Assembly: GCA_030745835.1 (NCBI GenBank)
Contig: JASLNU010000108.1
Location: 10,214-74,213, forward strand
Source: Rhodospirillales bacterium
GTDB taxonomy: Bacteria; Pseudomonadota; Alphaproteobacteria; Rhodospirillales; UBA2165
Direction of reading: 5' to 3'
DNA length: 64,000 nucleotides
In this document: piece after piece, positions 30,102-40,028 of the stretch
Numbering within the stretch: position 1 is the stretch's first letter
How the letters are laid out: each line of letters begins with the position of its first letter
The notes under the pieces: model-generated
The model's input: the letters and a program-made list of their open reading frames with translations, nothing else
The model's database searches: none
Told to the model about the DNA's origin: nothing
Program-made: the position numbers and the translations under genes

Positions 30102-30656
30102 ATGACCGAATTGCTGGCCTTGGGCGAACCGGCGGATTGGGTCCGGCGGTTTCTGCATTTGATACCCGCCGGCGGCACGGTGCTCGATCTTGCGGCGGGC
30201 CGGGGGCGCCATGCGCGGCTGCTGCTCGACGCCGGATTGGGCGTTATCGCCGCCGATCGCGATGCGGATCGGCTCGCCAATCTTTCGGGCCATGGACGCC
30301 TGCAAGTCATCGAGGCGGACTTCGAGACGGAAGATTGGCCTTTCGCCGCCGGCCTTTTTGCCGGGATCGTCGTCGTCAACTATCTGCATCGGCCCTTGTT
30401 CGGCCATTTGACCGATGCCTTGCAAGACGGCGGCGTGCTGATCTATCAGACCTTCGCCGAAGGCAACGAAGCGCATGGCCGGCCGAAAAACCCCGACTTC
30501 CTCTTAAAACCCGGTGAATTGCTTGCTAGCTTCGCGCCGGCGCTGTCCGTCGTCGCCTACGAACACGGGATCATCCACCGGCCCCGTCCCGCCGTGGTGC
30601 AACGCCTGTGCGCGGTCAAATCGCCGGCGCCGCAATCGCTCGGTGACGGCGCCTAG
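30102..30656 (+). CDS. Class I SAM-dependent methyltransferase
   Basis: VLDLAAGRGRH, VVNYLHR, IYQTF and FLLKPGEL. Confidence 0.85.
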   Translation: MTELLALGEPADWVRRFLHLIPAGGTVLDLAAGRGRHARLLLDAGLGVIAADRDADRLANLSGHGRLQVIEADFETEDWPFAAGLFAGIVVVNYLHRPLFGHLTDALQDGGVLIYQTFAEGNEAHGRPKNPDFLLKPGELLASFAPALSVVAYEHGIIHRPRPAVVQRLCAVKSPAPQSLGDGA

Positions 30657-30659
30657 CGA

Positions 30660-31532
30660 TTACCCGGCCGCCCGCTGGCTCCGATACCAATCGGCGATTT
30701 CGGCGCCGGTCGTCAGCCAGACCTTGTCGTGGCCGGTGATATGGGCGAGGGCCATATCCAGATATTTGCTGCGGAAGGCATGGCCGATCAGGAACGGATG
30801 CAGGGCGATGGCCATGATGCGCCCGTTGGCTTCGCCGTCGGCATACATGACATCGAATTGATCGACGATGGTTTGATAGAATTGTTCGGCGCTCCATCCC
30901 CGATCGACGAAGGCGGGAATGTCGTTCACTTCGATGGAATAGGGAACCGACAGAAGCCGCCCCGACTTGACGTTCAATTCGTGTGGTTGTTCGTCATTCA
31001 CCCAATCGCCCACATAATCGAACCCGACCTCGGCCAGAATATCGGGCGTATTGAAGGTTTCGGTCAGCGCCGGTCCCAGCCAGCCGCGCGGCTTGGTCCC
31101 GGTGTGGGTCTCGATGGTCGAGTAGACCTCGCCGAGGATGGCGCGCTCTTCCGCTTCCTCGAGGCCGGTGATCATTTCCGAATTGTTGCGCCCATGCCCC
31201 ATCCATTCCCAGCCGAGCTCGTTTCCCGCCTCGATGATGCGTGGATAATGGTGGCAGACATCTGAATTCAGGGCCACCGTGCCCTTGATGCCGTGTTTTT
31301 CCATCACCTCCATCAATCGCCAGATGCCGACACGGACGCCGAAATCACGCCAGGCGTAATTGAGCACATCGGGAACGCAGTTAACGGTGACAGAGGTGAT
31401 CGAGGTGGCGGGACGATCCACCAGGAAATGCTCGATATTAGGAATAACCCAAAGCCCCACATGGGCACCGCCCGGCAGTTTCAGCGGCGGCCGGTCTACG
31501 ATCGCCGAATATTCGAACCTGCCATGTCCCAT
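30660..31532 (-). CDS. Polysaccharide deacetylase family (PuuE-like) hydrolase
   Basis: YSAIVDRP, NYAWRDFGVRVG, EWMGHG, PRGWLGP and IALHPFLIG. Start set at ATG 31532 behind a G-rich RBS. Confidence 0.85.
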   Translation of the reverse strand: MGHGRFEYSAIVDRPPLKLPGGAHVGLWVIPNIEHFLVDRPATSITSVTVNCVPDVLNYAWRDFGVRVGIWRLMEVMEKHGIKGTVALNSDVCHHYPRIIEAGNELGWEWMGHGRNNSEMITGLEEAEERAILGEVYSTIETHTGTKPRGWLGPALTETFNTPDILAEVGFDYVGDWVNDEQPHELNVKSGRLLSVPYSIEVNDIPAFVDRGWSAEQFYQTIVDQFDVMYADGEANGRIMAIALHPFLIGHAFRSKYLDMALAHITGHDKVWLTTGAEIADWYRSQRAAG

Positions 31533-31570
31533 CACGCCCCCCCCTTTTTCCTTTTGCGTGCCCGGTCCGT

Positions 31571-32221
31571 TCAATCGCCGCGATTATCGCCGATGGACTT
31601 CAAATAACCGAGCGCATCTACGGCATCGACCACATCTGCATATTTTGCGTCGAGATCAAAGAGGCTTTGATCGTGGGCGGCGGCCGACCTGTCGCCGACC
31701 GCCTGGCGCACCACCATCGGCCGGAACCCGGACTGCACGGCATCGACGGCGGTGGCGCGCACGCAGCCCGACGTGGTGCAGCCGGTAATGATTAATGTAT
31801 CCACCTTGCGCGAGGTCAGTTGCGGCACCAGATCGGTGCCGAAAAAGCAGGACGCGTATTTCTTTTTCAATAGCGTGTCGCCGGGGCGCACCTCGAGGCG
31901 TTGGTCCACTTCGACGCTGGAGGTTCCGGCCATCAAGGTTTCCGTGCCCTTCATCTTCATGGCCCAAATGCCGGCGTCGCGCAGATCGTCGTAATCGTAG
32001 GAAACGGTGGAGAAAAAAACGGGAATGCCGCGCTCGTGGGCGGTGTCAAGAAGCGGCGTCAGGACTTCGATCTGATCGTCCAGCGGCGCCCCCAACGCCA
32101 TGTCGGGATCGGTGAAGGCGTTGATCATATCGATGATGATCAGCGCCGGGCGCGCGCCATAGCCGATGCGCAGCCCGAATCCGCGTTGCCGGAAAAACTC
32201 CTCGTCGCTTTGGTCGGCCAT
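31571..32221 (-). CDS. Isochorismatase family cysteine hydrolase (maleamate/N-carbamoylsarcosine amidase-like)
   Basis: ALIIID, KKYASCFFGT and GCTTSGCVRAT (D-K-C triad). Confidence 0.9.
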   Translation of the reverse strand: MADQSDEEFFRQRGFGLRIGYGARPALIIIDMINAFTDPDMALGAPLDDQIEVLTPLLDTAHERGIPVFFSTVSYDYDDLRDAGIWAMKMKGTETLMAGTSSVEVDQRLEVRPGDTLLKKKYASCFFGTDLVPQLTSRKVDTLIITGCTTSGCVRATAVDAVQSGFRPMVVRQAVGDRSAAAHDQSLFDLDAKYADVVDAVDALGYLKSIGDNRGD

Positions 32222-32273
32222 GCTAATTCCCCCACGGGTCTAACCGTCATCTACGAACTAGTGGCTAAAGTTA

Positions 32274-33974
32274 TTAATGATCGCCGGTATCGGGCTTGCC
32301 CTTTTCAGACGCCTCGAGCATGCCCTCGGCGGCACCGGCGATGCCATTATCGACCGTGAATCCAAGTTCTTCTCCGATCCGTTTCAAGGCCGGAAACTGC
32401 ACCGCCATATCGAGGATGGAATCAATCGCCTGATTGATCACCGGCTTGTCACCGCCCGATCCGGCGCCGTCGCCCGAGCCCCCGTCCGATCCTTGACCCG
32501 GCCTGCTGCCAAGGCCGGTCACATGGTGGATTTTGATGGAATCGATTTTTTCCGCCGGTTTGACCATCTCAGCCAAAATCTTCGGCAACGCATCCAGGCG
32601 GTTCCGGTTCATACGCATGACGACCATCCGGTCGCTTATTGTGTTATCCGCTTCGTTGAGCGCGCGCTTGCCGTCCGCTTCGGCGATCATTTCGGCCTTT
32701 TTGGCTTCGGAGCGGGCATTCTGGGCGGCGGCATCGCCCTTGGCCAGAGCCAGCGCGGCGTTTGCCTTGTCGCCGGCGGCTTCCTGTTCCGCCTTGGCAT
32801 TCATGCGGATGTGGGTGCCGGCGATTTCCGCTTCCTGCTGCGCTTCCAAGAGCGCCAGTTCCTTGCGCCGCTCGGCCTCGGTCAGACGCTTGACCGTGGA
32901 TATCTGCTCCGATGCCTTGACCGCGTCGGCCATGATCAGATCGGCCACGGCGCGGGCCTTGTTGGTTTCCTGCGATTTCTGCGCCAGGGTGATCTGCCGG
33001 TCCTGATTGGCCACTTCGATATTCAACTCGTTGGCGATTTCGGCCTGGCGAACTTCCCGGTCCTTGGTAATTTCGGCTTCGCGGATGGTTTGTTCGCGGG
33101 CGATATCGGCGGTCCGGATATTCTGTTCCATCTCGATGCGGGCGTGGGCGGCTTCGCGCTCGCCATCCGCCTTGCGCCGCGCCACCTCGGCCAATTGGGC
33201 CGCCTTCAGGGATTCGATCTGTTGAACCTGGGATATTTCGGCTTCCTGTTCCTGCAGATCGATCTCCAGCCTTTGCCTTGCCGCTTCCATGGCGGCCCGG
33301 CGTACCGACACATCGGCATCGGCATCTATTTCGGCCCGGTCCTTCTTCGACTTGGCGACCACTTCGGCCAATCGGCGCATGCCGACCGCGTTGAAGGCGT
33401 TGTTTTCATCGAGCGCCGCAAACGGCGTCTGATCGAGCCCGGTGAGGGAAACCGAATCCAGCTCAAGGCCGTTGCGCGACAATGTATCCGTAAGGCTGGA
33501 CCCGACCTCAGCGACAAAGCCGCCACGGTTTTCGTGCAATTCGTCCATGGTCATGGTCGCCGCCACCGAGCGCACCGCGTCGATCAATTTACCCTCGATC
33601 AATTCGCCGAGCTGTTGCGATTGAAAGGTGCGGTTGCCGAGGGTTTGGGCGGCAAGGGAGATGCCGTCCTTGTCGGGTTTGACGGAAACGTAAAACTCGG
33701 CCCCGACATCGACACGCATGCGATCCTTGGTTATCAGCGCCTGATCGCCGGAACGTTCCACATGCAGCCGCAAGGTCTGCATATTTACGCGGCTGACTTC
33801 ATGGAAATAGGGTACGGCGATGGTACCGCCGTCCATGATCACCTTGCGCCCGCCGACTCCGGTCTTGATCAGGCTGACTTCCCGCGTCGCCCGTTTATAG
33901 AACCGCGCCAATACGACAATGATAATCGCCAATACGATTACGGCAAAAATCACCCAACCCATTGCTTCAGACAT
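32274..33974 (-). CDS. Flotillin (SPFH/band 7, YqiK-type) protein
   Basis: N-terminal TM, ITKDRMRVDV, NGLELDSVSLT, NNAFNAVG, a long EA-rich coiled coil and VKPAEKIDSIKI. Confidence 0.88.
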   Translation of the reverse strand: MSEAMGWVIFAVIVLAIIIVVLARFYKRATREVSLIKTGVGGRKVIMDGGTIAVPYFHEVSRVNMQTLRLHVERSGDQALITKDRMRVDVGAEFYVSVKPDKDGISLAAQTLGNRTFQSQQLGELIEGKLIDAVRSVAATMTMDELHENRGGFVAEVGSSLTDTLSRNGLELDSVSLTGLDQTPFAALDENNAFNAVGMRRLAEVVAKSKKDRAEIDADADVSVRRAAMEAARQRLEIDLQEQEAEISQVQQIESLKAAQLAEVARRKADGEREAAHARIEMEQNIRTADIAREQTIREAEITKDREVRQAEIANELNIEVANQDRQITLAQKSQETNKARAVADLIMADAVKASEQISTVKRLTEAERRKELALLEAQQEAEIAGTHIRMNAKAEQEAAGDKANAALALAKGDAAAQNARSEAKKAEMIAEADGKRALNEADNTISDRMVVMRMNRNRLDALPKILAEMVKPAEKIDSIKIHHVTGLGSRPGQGSDGGSGDGAGSGGDKPVINQAIDSILDMAVQFPALKRIGEELGFTVDNGIAGAAEGMLEASEKGKPDTGDH

Positions 33975-33987
33975 CTCTAATCCTCAC

Positions 33988-34031
33988 CTCTTCTAGCGGT
34001 AGCGGAACCGAACTTCGGTTCAGCCGCTACG
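33988..34031. terminator. Stem-loop between the aldehyde dehydrogenase and flotillin genes
   Basis: GTAGCGG-AACCGAACTTCGGTT-CAG-CCGCTAC. Confidence 0.4.
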
Positions 34032-34069
34032 TTTCCTTGGCCATGTAAATTTACGCAACAATATTCCCG

Positions 34070-35530
34070 TTAAAAGCCAGGCGGAAAATTACGCCCGCCC
34101 CGTTCCAAAGTTATCCACCGTGTTTCGGTAAATGTTTCGGTGGCCCATCGCCCGCCGTGCCTGCCGACACCGGAAGCCTTGGAGCCGCCGAACGGCGCAT
34201 GCGGCTCGTCGTTCACCGACGAGCAGTTGATGTGGCACATACCGGTTTCCAGCCGCCGGGCAATCCTCAAGCCCCGGTATTCGTCCCGCGTGATCACCCC
34301 TGACGAGAGGCCGTATTCGCTGTCGTTGGCGATGGCGATGGCATCATCGTCGGTCTTGAATGGGATGACGGGAATTACCGGCCCGAAATTTTCCTCCTGA
34401 TAGATTTTCATATCCGGCGTAACGCCGAGCAAAATCGTCGGCTCGACAAAGCGGCCATCGATATTGCCGCCGAGCACCACCTCGGCGCCCTTGGCGACCG
34501 CATCCTCGATTTGGTCCCTGGATTTGGCGGCCTGCTTGTCGTTGATCAGCGGGCCGATGACATTGGCTTTGTCCTGGGTCGGATCGCCGACTTTCAATTT
34601 CGAGGCGCGCGCGACAAATCCCTTCAGGAATTCGTCGAAAATGGGTTCCTGCACCAGCACCTTCTCGACCGACATGCAAATCTGCCCCTGGTGCATGAAG
34701 CTGCCGAAATTGGCGGCGCCGGTGGCCCGGTCCATATCGGCATCGTCACAGACGATCAGCGCGTCCTTGCCGCCCAGTTCCAGGCAGCATTTTTTCAAAT
34801 GGGCGCCGGCGCGGGCGCCGATTTGGCGCCCGACCGCCGTCGAGCCGGTGAAGGATATGCCCTTGGTCAGCGGATTTTCGATCAATTCGTCACCGACCTC
34901 GGCGACATTGTCCCTGGAGCAGGTCACCACATTCAACACGCCGGCGGGGATGCCGGCTTCCTCGAACACCTCGGCGAACAGAAGCCCGCCGCAATAGGGG
35001 GTTTCTTCCGACGGCTTGAGCACCACCGTATTGCCCGCCGCGATGGCGAAGGCGAGGCCGCGCGCCGTCAACAGGACCGGGAAGTTCCACGGGCTGATGA
35101 CCGAAATCACACCCAGCGGCCGGCGCATGGCCATCGACAGCTTGCCCGAATCCGATGGAATGACCTCGCCGATCGGCGCGTAATTGGATGCCGCCGCCGC
35201 GTAGAATATCTCGGGCACATAGCCGGTTTCGAACATGCCTTTTCCGAACCAGCCGCCGCCTTCGCCTTGCAGCGCCTCGGTGATATCGGCCTGGCGCTTT
35301 TCGAAAACCTCGGCAATCTTGATCATGTGATGGGCGCGTTCGTTGAATTGCAGCGCCGACCAGTCATTGAAGGCCGCCTCGGCCGCATTGATGGCGGCGC
35401 GCGCTTCCATCCGTCCACCGTCCGGAATTTCGGCCCAGACCGAGCCGTCTGACGGATTAAGATCGGAAAAATTCCGGCCCGTCGACGACCACCTGCCGCC
35501 CACATACATACCGTCAAACATCTTATTCAT
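34070..35530 (-). CDS. Aldehyde dehydrogenase (aromatic aldehyde dehydrogenase-like)
   Basis: SPWNFP, FTGST, LELGGK, GQICMS (catalytic Cys), EENFGP and PFGG. Confidence 0.93.
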   Translation of the reverse strand: MNKMFDGMYVGGRWSSTGRNFSDLNPSDGSVWAEIPDGGRMEARAAINAAEAAFNDWSALQFNERAHHMIKIAEVFEKRQADITEALQGEGGGWFGKGMFETGYVPEIFYAAAASNYAPIGEVIPSDSGKLSMAMRRPLGVISVISPWNFPVLLTARGLAFAIAAGNTVVLKPSEETPYCGGLLFAEVFEEAGIPAGVLNVVTCSRDNVAEVGDELIENPLTKGISFTGSTAVGRQIGARAGAHLKKCCLELGGKDALIVCDDADMDRATGAANFGSFMHQGQICMSVEKVLVQEPIFDEFLKGFVARASKLKVGDPTQDKANVIGPLINDKQAAKSRDQIEDAVAKGAEVVLGGNIDGRFVEPTILLGVTPDMKIYQEENFGPVIPVIPFKTDDDAIAIANDSEYGLSSGVITRDEYRGLRIARRLETGMCHINCSSVNDEPHAPFGGSKASGVGRHGGRWATETFTETRWITLERGGRNFPPGF

Positions 35531-35656
35531 CTTGCCCTCTTTTCACCCCAACGGGGCCTCCTGGTCTTGCCCGGATTGTTGCCTTCGGCGGCGGCGTTAT
35601 TCAAACCTGGGTTTATTACAATCCTCGATATTTTGATAGGGTATCATGGCTTTCCA

Positions 35657-36805
35657 TCAGTGGCTGTATTTGTCGGCTTCGGAACTGGCGGGTCCGCCGC
35701 CGCCCACTGCATCGGCGGCGGCCTTTTCCATGCCCGCAAGCATGGCCTGTAACTCGGCGCTGGCGCTGGGCGCGGCGCGGTGTCTGGGCGCGGCGCGGTT
35801 TGGGGGCGGCGCGGGTTTGCTAATTTCGCCGGTTTCAACGGAACCGGGCACCGGTTGCGCCGGTGCCGCATCAGGGTGAACCTTGCGGACATCGCGGACA
35901 TGCTCCGATTGGATATGCGTCGCCTGGTCGACCAGATCGGCAATGCTGACCGGCAGCACCTCTTCCAGCCGCGTCCTGGCGCTGGCGCGGCTGCCGGCGG
36001 TAATCGCATAGGGGTTTTCCGCCGCCTCGGCGGCGGCCTCGGCAGTGGCTTCGTCGGGCGCAACGATTGGCCGGGCGGGCTTCCCGATCTTGGCGTCGGT
36101 GCCGCCGAGATAGGTGTTTATCACCGTTTGGTCCTTGGATAGCTCCTCGGCGCTGCCGGCGCCGGTGACATGGCCGTTGTCCAAGAGATAACCGCGATCG
36201 GCGATGGCCAGGCTTTGCTTGGCGTTCTGTTCCACCAGGAAAATGCCGACGCCGGTTTCCTTGACATCGGTCAGTGACCGGAAAAGCTCGCTGCACAACA
36301 GCGGCGACAGGCCCAACGACGGCTCGTCGAGCATCAGGATCGACGGGTGCGACATCATCGCCCGGCCGATGGCCACCATCTGCCTCTCGCCGCCGCTCAT
36401 CGTGCGGACGGCTTGATTTTGGCGCTCACCGAGCCTCGGAAACAGGCTCAGAACGCGATCCAGATTTTCAGCCTCGTGCGGGCGCGCCCGCTCCGGATAG
36501 GCGCCCAGCAATAGATTCTCGCGCGCCGTCAGATCCGCGAATATGCCGCGGTCCTCCGGAACCGTCGCGATGCCGGCTTCGACGATGTCGTCCGGCGATT
36601 TACCGGTGATGTCGATGCCATCCATAGTGATGACGCTGCCTTCCGCCGCCGGCGTCAGGCCGGCAATGGCCCGTAAAAAAGTGCTTTTGCCGGCGCCGTT
36701 GGCGCCGAGCATGACGACGATCTCGTTCTTGTCGACGGTAACCGATGCGCCGTCGAGCGCGTGGTGGCTCCCGTAAAAGACCGAAACGTTCCGGGTTTCA
36801 AGCAT
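35657..36805 (-). CDS. LivF-type ABC ATPase with a ~145-aa C-terminal extension
   Basis: GANGAGKST, MSGGERQM and LDEPSLG; the normal end (YLGG) falls at about aa 235. Confidence 0.9.
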   Translation of the reverse strand: MLETRNVSVFYGSHHALDGASVTVDKNEIVVMLGANGAGKSTFLRAIAGLTPAAEGSVITMDGIDITGKSPDDIVEAGIATVPEDRGIFADLTARENLLLGAYPERARPHEAENLDRVLSLFPRLGERQNQAVRTMSGGERQMVAIGRAMMSHPSILMLDEPSLGLSPLLCSELFRSLTDVKETGVGIFLVEQNAKQSLAIADRGYLLDNGHVTGAGSAEELSKDQTVINTYLGGTDAKIGKPARPIVAPDEATAEAAAEAAENPYAITAGSRASARTRLEEVLPVSIADLVDQATHIQSEHVRDVRKVHPDAAPAQPVPGSVETGEISKPAPPPNRAAPRHRAAPSASAELQAMLAGMEKAAADAVGGGGPASSEADKYSH

Positions 36806-37556
36806 GCTCGTCTCCGAGATAGGCGCGGATCACATCTGCATCGGCCAGCACCTCGCCGGGCGTGCCTTCGGCGATCTTGGCCCCGCTATTCATTACCACG
36901 CAACGGTCACAGAGAGAACGGATAGCATCCATCACATGCTCGACGACGATGATCGTGCGGCCTTCGGACCTGAGCTCTTCGATCAGTTCAATGCCGGTCA
37001 AAAGCTCGCTCGGGTTGAGCCCGGCGAGCCACTCGTCGAGCAACAGGACCCGGGGATCGGAAACCAGGGCGCGCGCCAGTTCCAGGCGTTTTTGGTTGAT
37101 ATAAGTGAGCCCCGAAACCGGGCTGCGCTCGGCGCCTTCCAGGCCGACGCGATGCAGCATCTGGCGGGCATGATCCTCAAGGTGCGTGCCCCAGCGCCGG
37201 TCATAACCGAAGACGCCGCCGGCGGCCACGTTTTCCAGAACCGTGAGGGTCGGAAGAATGCGGACGATTTGAAAGGTGCGGGCGATGCCCAGGCGCGCGA
37301 TGAAATTGGCCGGCTCTTGGGTAATGTCTTGGTTATAGAGGCGTATGGACCCGCCGTTGGGCTTCAGGGCGCCGGAAATCAGGTTCATCATCGTGGTCTT
37401 GCCCGACCCGTTCGGTCCGATCAGGCCCAAAACCTCGTTCTCCGCCAAATCGAAGGACATGCTGTCGACGGCGATCAGGCCGCCGAAATTCCGGGTGACG
37501 CCGCTGACCGCCAGCGCCGTTTGGTGAACCGTTTTCTGGGCTACGCCGTTAGCCAT
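36798..37556 (-). CDS. LivG-type ABC ATPase
   Basis: GPNGSGKTT, ARTFQ, LLDE and VEHVM. Confidence 0.92.
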   Translation of the reverse strand: MANGVAQKTVHQTALAVSGVTRNFGGLIAVDSMSFDLAENEVLGLIGPNGSGKTTMMNLISGALKPNGGSIRLYNQDITQEPANFIARLGIARTFQIVRILPTLTVLENVAAGGVFGYDRRWGTHLEDHARQMLHRVGLEGAERSPVSGLTYINQKRLELARALVSDPRVLLLDEWLAGLNPSELLTGIELIEELRSEGRTIIVVEHVMDAIRSLCDRCVVMNSGAKIAEGTPGEVLADADVIRAYLGDEHA

Positions 37557-38478
37557 GCCCTCGCTTCCTTTTTTGATATGCGTCCTCGATCACCCCGACC
37601 ACGCCGTGCGGAATAAAATAAACGATGAGCAGGAAGGAGATACCCAAAAGCAGCGTTGTTTGCGTCGGGAAATTGGAATTGATTATTTCCCACAGGATGG
37701 TGAACGGAATAACCCCGACAAGCGGCCCCCACAGCCTATGGGCGCCGCCCAACAGCGCCATGATCACCACCTGGAAGGAAATGAACGGGCTGAAAGCCAG
37801 GGTCGGTTCCACATAGTTCCAGCGCGGCGCCACCAGCGCGCCGGTCAGGGACGCGAAGATCGCCGATATCACGAACAAAACCACCTTGGCGCGCGCCGTG
37901 TTGATGCCGGCATGGACGGCCACCACCTCGTCGTTGCCGATGATGCGCAGCGCAAAGCCGAGCCGTGAGCGGCCGATCCCCCAGCCGACCAGGTAAACCA
38001 GCGCCGCCAGGACGATCAAAAACCAGAAGATCATGGGCTCGGTGAGGTCGGTCAGCACATAAAGGCCAGCTCCCGTGCCGATGGTCGACTGGCCCCAGGA
38101 TACGATCTGGCGGACCAATTCCGAGAGGCCAAGGGTGAAGATTACGAAATAGACGCCCGAGATTCTGAGAGTCGCCAATCCGACAATCGCCGCGACTATG
38201 GCGCCGGCAACGCCGGCCAGAAGAACCAGCACCGGATAGGGCATGATATCAAGCCCGCCGGCCACCACATACATGCCGATCCCGAAGAACGCGGCGGGAG
38301 CCAGGGAAATGTATCTGGTCGGCCCCGAAAACAGCGCCCAGGAAGTGGCCAGCACCGTATACATGGCTATGGAAACGGCAATCGAAAGCCAATAGCCGGA
38401 ATCGACCAGCGGCAAGAGCGCCGCCAGGATGAACAGCACACAGGCGATGGCTAGATTGCGCTTCTCGGTCTCGCTCAT
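37549..38478 (-). CDS. LivM-type ABC permease
   Basis: Polytopic membrane protein with LRISGVYFVIFTL and ALLGG. Confidence 0.9.
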   Translation of the reverse strand: MSETEKRNLAIACVLFILAALLPLVDSGYWLSIAVSIAMYTVLATSWALFSGPTRYISLAPAAFFGIGMYVVAGGLDIMPYPVLVLLAGVAGAIVAAIVGLATLRISGVYFVIFTLGLSELVRQIVSWGQSTIGTGAGLYVLTDLTEPMIFWFLIVLAALVYLVGWGIGRSRLGFALRIIGNDEVVAVHAGINTARAKVVLFVISAIFASLTGALVAPRWNYVEPTLAFSPFISFQVVIMALLGGAHRLWGPLVGVIPFTILWEIINSNFPTQTTLLLGISFLLIVYFIPHGVVGVIEDAYQKRKRGHG

Positions 38479-39341
38479 GCCGCGCGCCTCCCGAAGAGAC
38501 CCTCGGGGCGCACCAAAAGAATGACCAGGAATAGAACGTAGGCGGCCGCCAAGGTCAGGCCCGGATCGATCAGAATCGCGACCGTGGTTTCGGCAAGGCC
38601 GAGGATAAAGGCGGCGAGGATGGTCCCCCTGATATCGCTGACGCCGCCCATGATGACGATCACCAGCGCCTTCAAGGTGAAGATGACGCCGAGCGATGCA
38701 TCGAAGGTCAGGAACATCGACAGCAGCATGCCACCCGCCGCCGTCACCGAGCCGCCGAGGGCAAATGCCAGCGCCGAAGCGTTGATAACATTGATGCCGA
38801 CCAGGCCGGCGGCCGCCGGATTGACGGCGACGGCGCGCAATGTCAGGCCGGCCCGAGTGCGGATCAGCCAGATATAGAAGCCGATGCTGAGCACCGCCGC
38901 GGCGATGAAGGCGGCGACCCGGTTGAGGCCGTATTTTTCGCCCAGGATGACAAAGGCCTCGTCGAAGTATGAATAGCTGAGATAATCGCCGCCGAAAACG
39001 GCGAGCAGGATGCCGATGAAAATGAAACTGATGCCGAAGGTCGACAGAATGCTGTCGACCTCAAGCTGCCCGTGGCTCTTGGCGCGCTTGACCAGGGGCA
39101 GCATCAAATAGCGGTAGATCGCCCAATTCACCACAAAGGCCAGGGGAACGATGAAAAAGAGGGCCCAAAAGGGGCTCATTTTGAAAGCGGTAAAAAACCA
39201 GAAGGTGCCGAACGCCCCGGCGACCAGAATCTCGCCATTGGCCAGATTCATGATGCGCGCAACCCCATATTGGAGTTGCAGGCCCATCGCCATCAGGGCG
39301 TAAGTGCCACCGAGCAGGATACCGATTATGATGATTTCCAT
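38475..39341 (-). CDS. LivH-type ABC permease
   Basis: GGTYALMAMGL, NLANGE and VRPEGLFG. Confidence 0.9.
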   Translation of the reverse strand: MEIIIIGILLGGTYALMAMGLQLQYGVARIMNLANGEILVAGAFGTFWFFTAFKMSPFWALFFIVPLAFVVNWAIYRYLMLPLVKRAKSHGQLEVDSILSTFGISFIFIGILLAVFGGDYLSYSYFDEAFVILGEKYGLNRVAAFIAAAVLSIGFYIWLIRTRAGLTLRAVAVNPAAAGLVGINVINASALAFALGGSVTAAGGMLLSMFLTFDASLGVIFTLKALVIVIMGGVSDIRGTILAAFILGLAETTVAILIDPGLTLAAAYVLFLVILLVRPEGLFGRRAA

Positions 39342-39418
39342 GGCGAATGCGGCGGAATATTATTGTCAAAATGAAGTCGGCACCGCGAACGACGACGCCG
39401 GATTTTATTTAATTACTG

Positions 39419-39574
39419 TTACCAGCCGGTTTTGAGGTTCACCTCTTTGCCGCCGGCAACGCCGATACCGACAATGCCGGTCTTGAACGGCCCGGAAGCT
39501 CGCGCCGCGCCGGCATCAATTGCGGCGGCCGGCGCCGTTCCCACGGCCAGTTGAAGTGGTGCAGGTTTCTGCAT
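39419..39574 (-). pseudogene. 51-aa in-frame internal-deletion stub of an ABC substrate-binding protein
   Basis: Manual translation gives MQKPAPLQLAVGTAPAAAIDAGAARASGPFKTGIVGIGVAGGKEVNLKTGW*, preceded by GAGGAGG. Both ends match the 398-aa SBP at 40029-41225. Confidence 0.8.
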
Positions 39575-40028
39575 GAACCCCTCCTCTGAATTCGATTAAA
39601 CGGACGAGAAACTACGTCTTCTTTTGGCCAAGCCGAATCAAAACCTTCAGTTCAACCTCGGACTGCTTCAATTTGTTCGCTGTCTCACAATCAACGGCAA
39701 AATTAGTGCTTGATGACGTTATAATGGTAAAATCCCAATTGTAAATCCGGCAATTCAATTTTTATTGGAATTTGGAGCTAATTTTTTGCTAATCAGCCCG
39801 TATTCGGCCTGTAAATGGTGAAAATCATTTTTGTTTTTATAATTAAATTCCGATTACGTTCGAAACGCCACTTGAATGGGTTGCATTCCCGATTCAATCG
39901 GTTTCCAGCCGGAGGTTAGGTTGGCAAACGGCCGCAACGCCCGGTACGCCAATGAATCCGCGCATTAAATGACGGCCCCGACCTGACGTGATAGAGCCAA
40001 GCCGGGGCCGCACAAATTTGATACTCGA

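Noticed and set aside
32277-33980. 567-aa plus-strand ORF
   Set aside because: Exact antisense shadow of the flotillin gene, as expected from GC-rich codon bias; no motifs.
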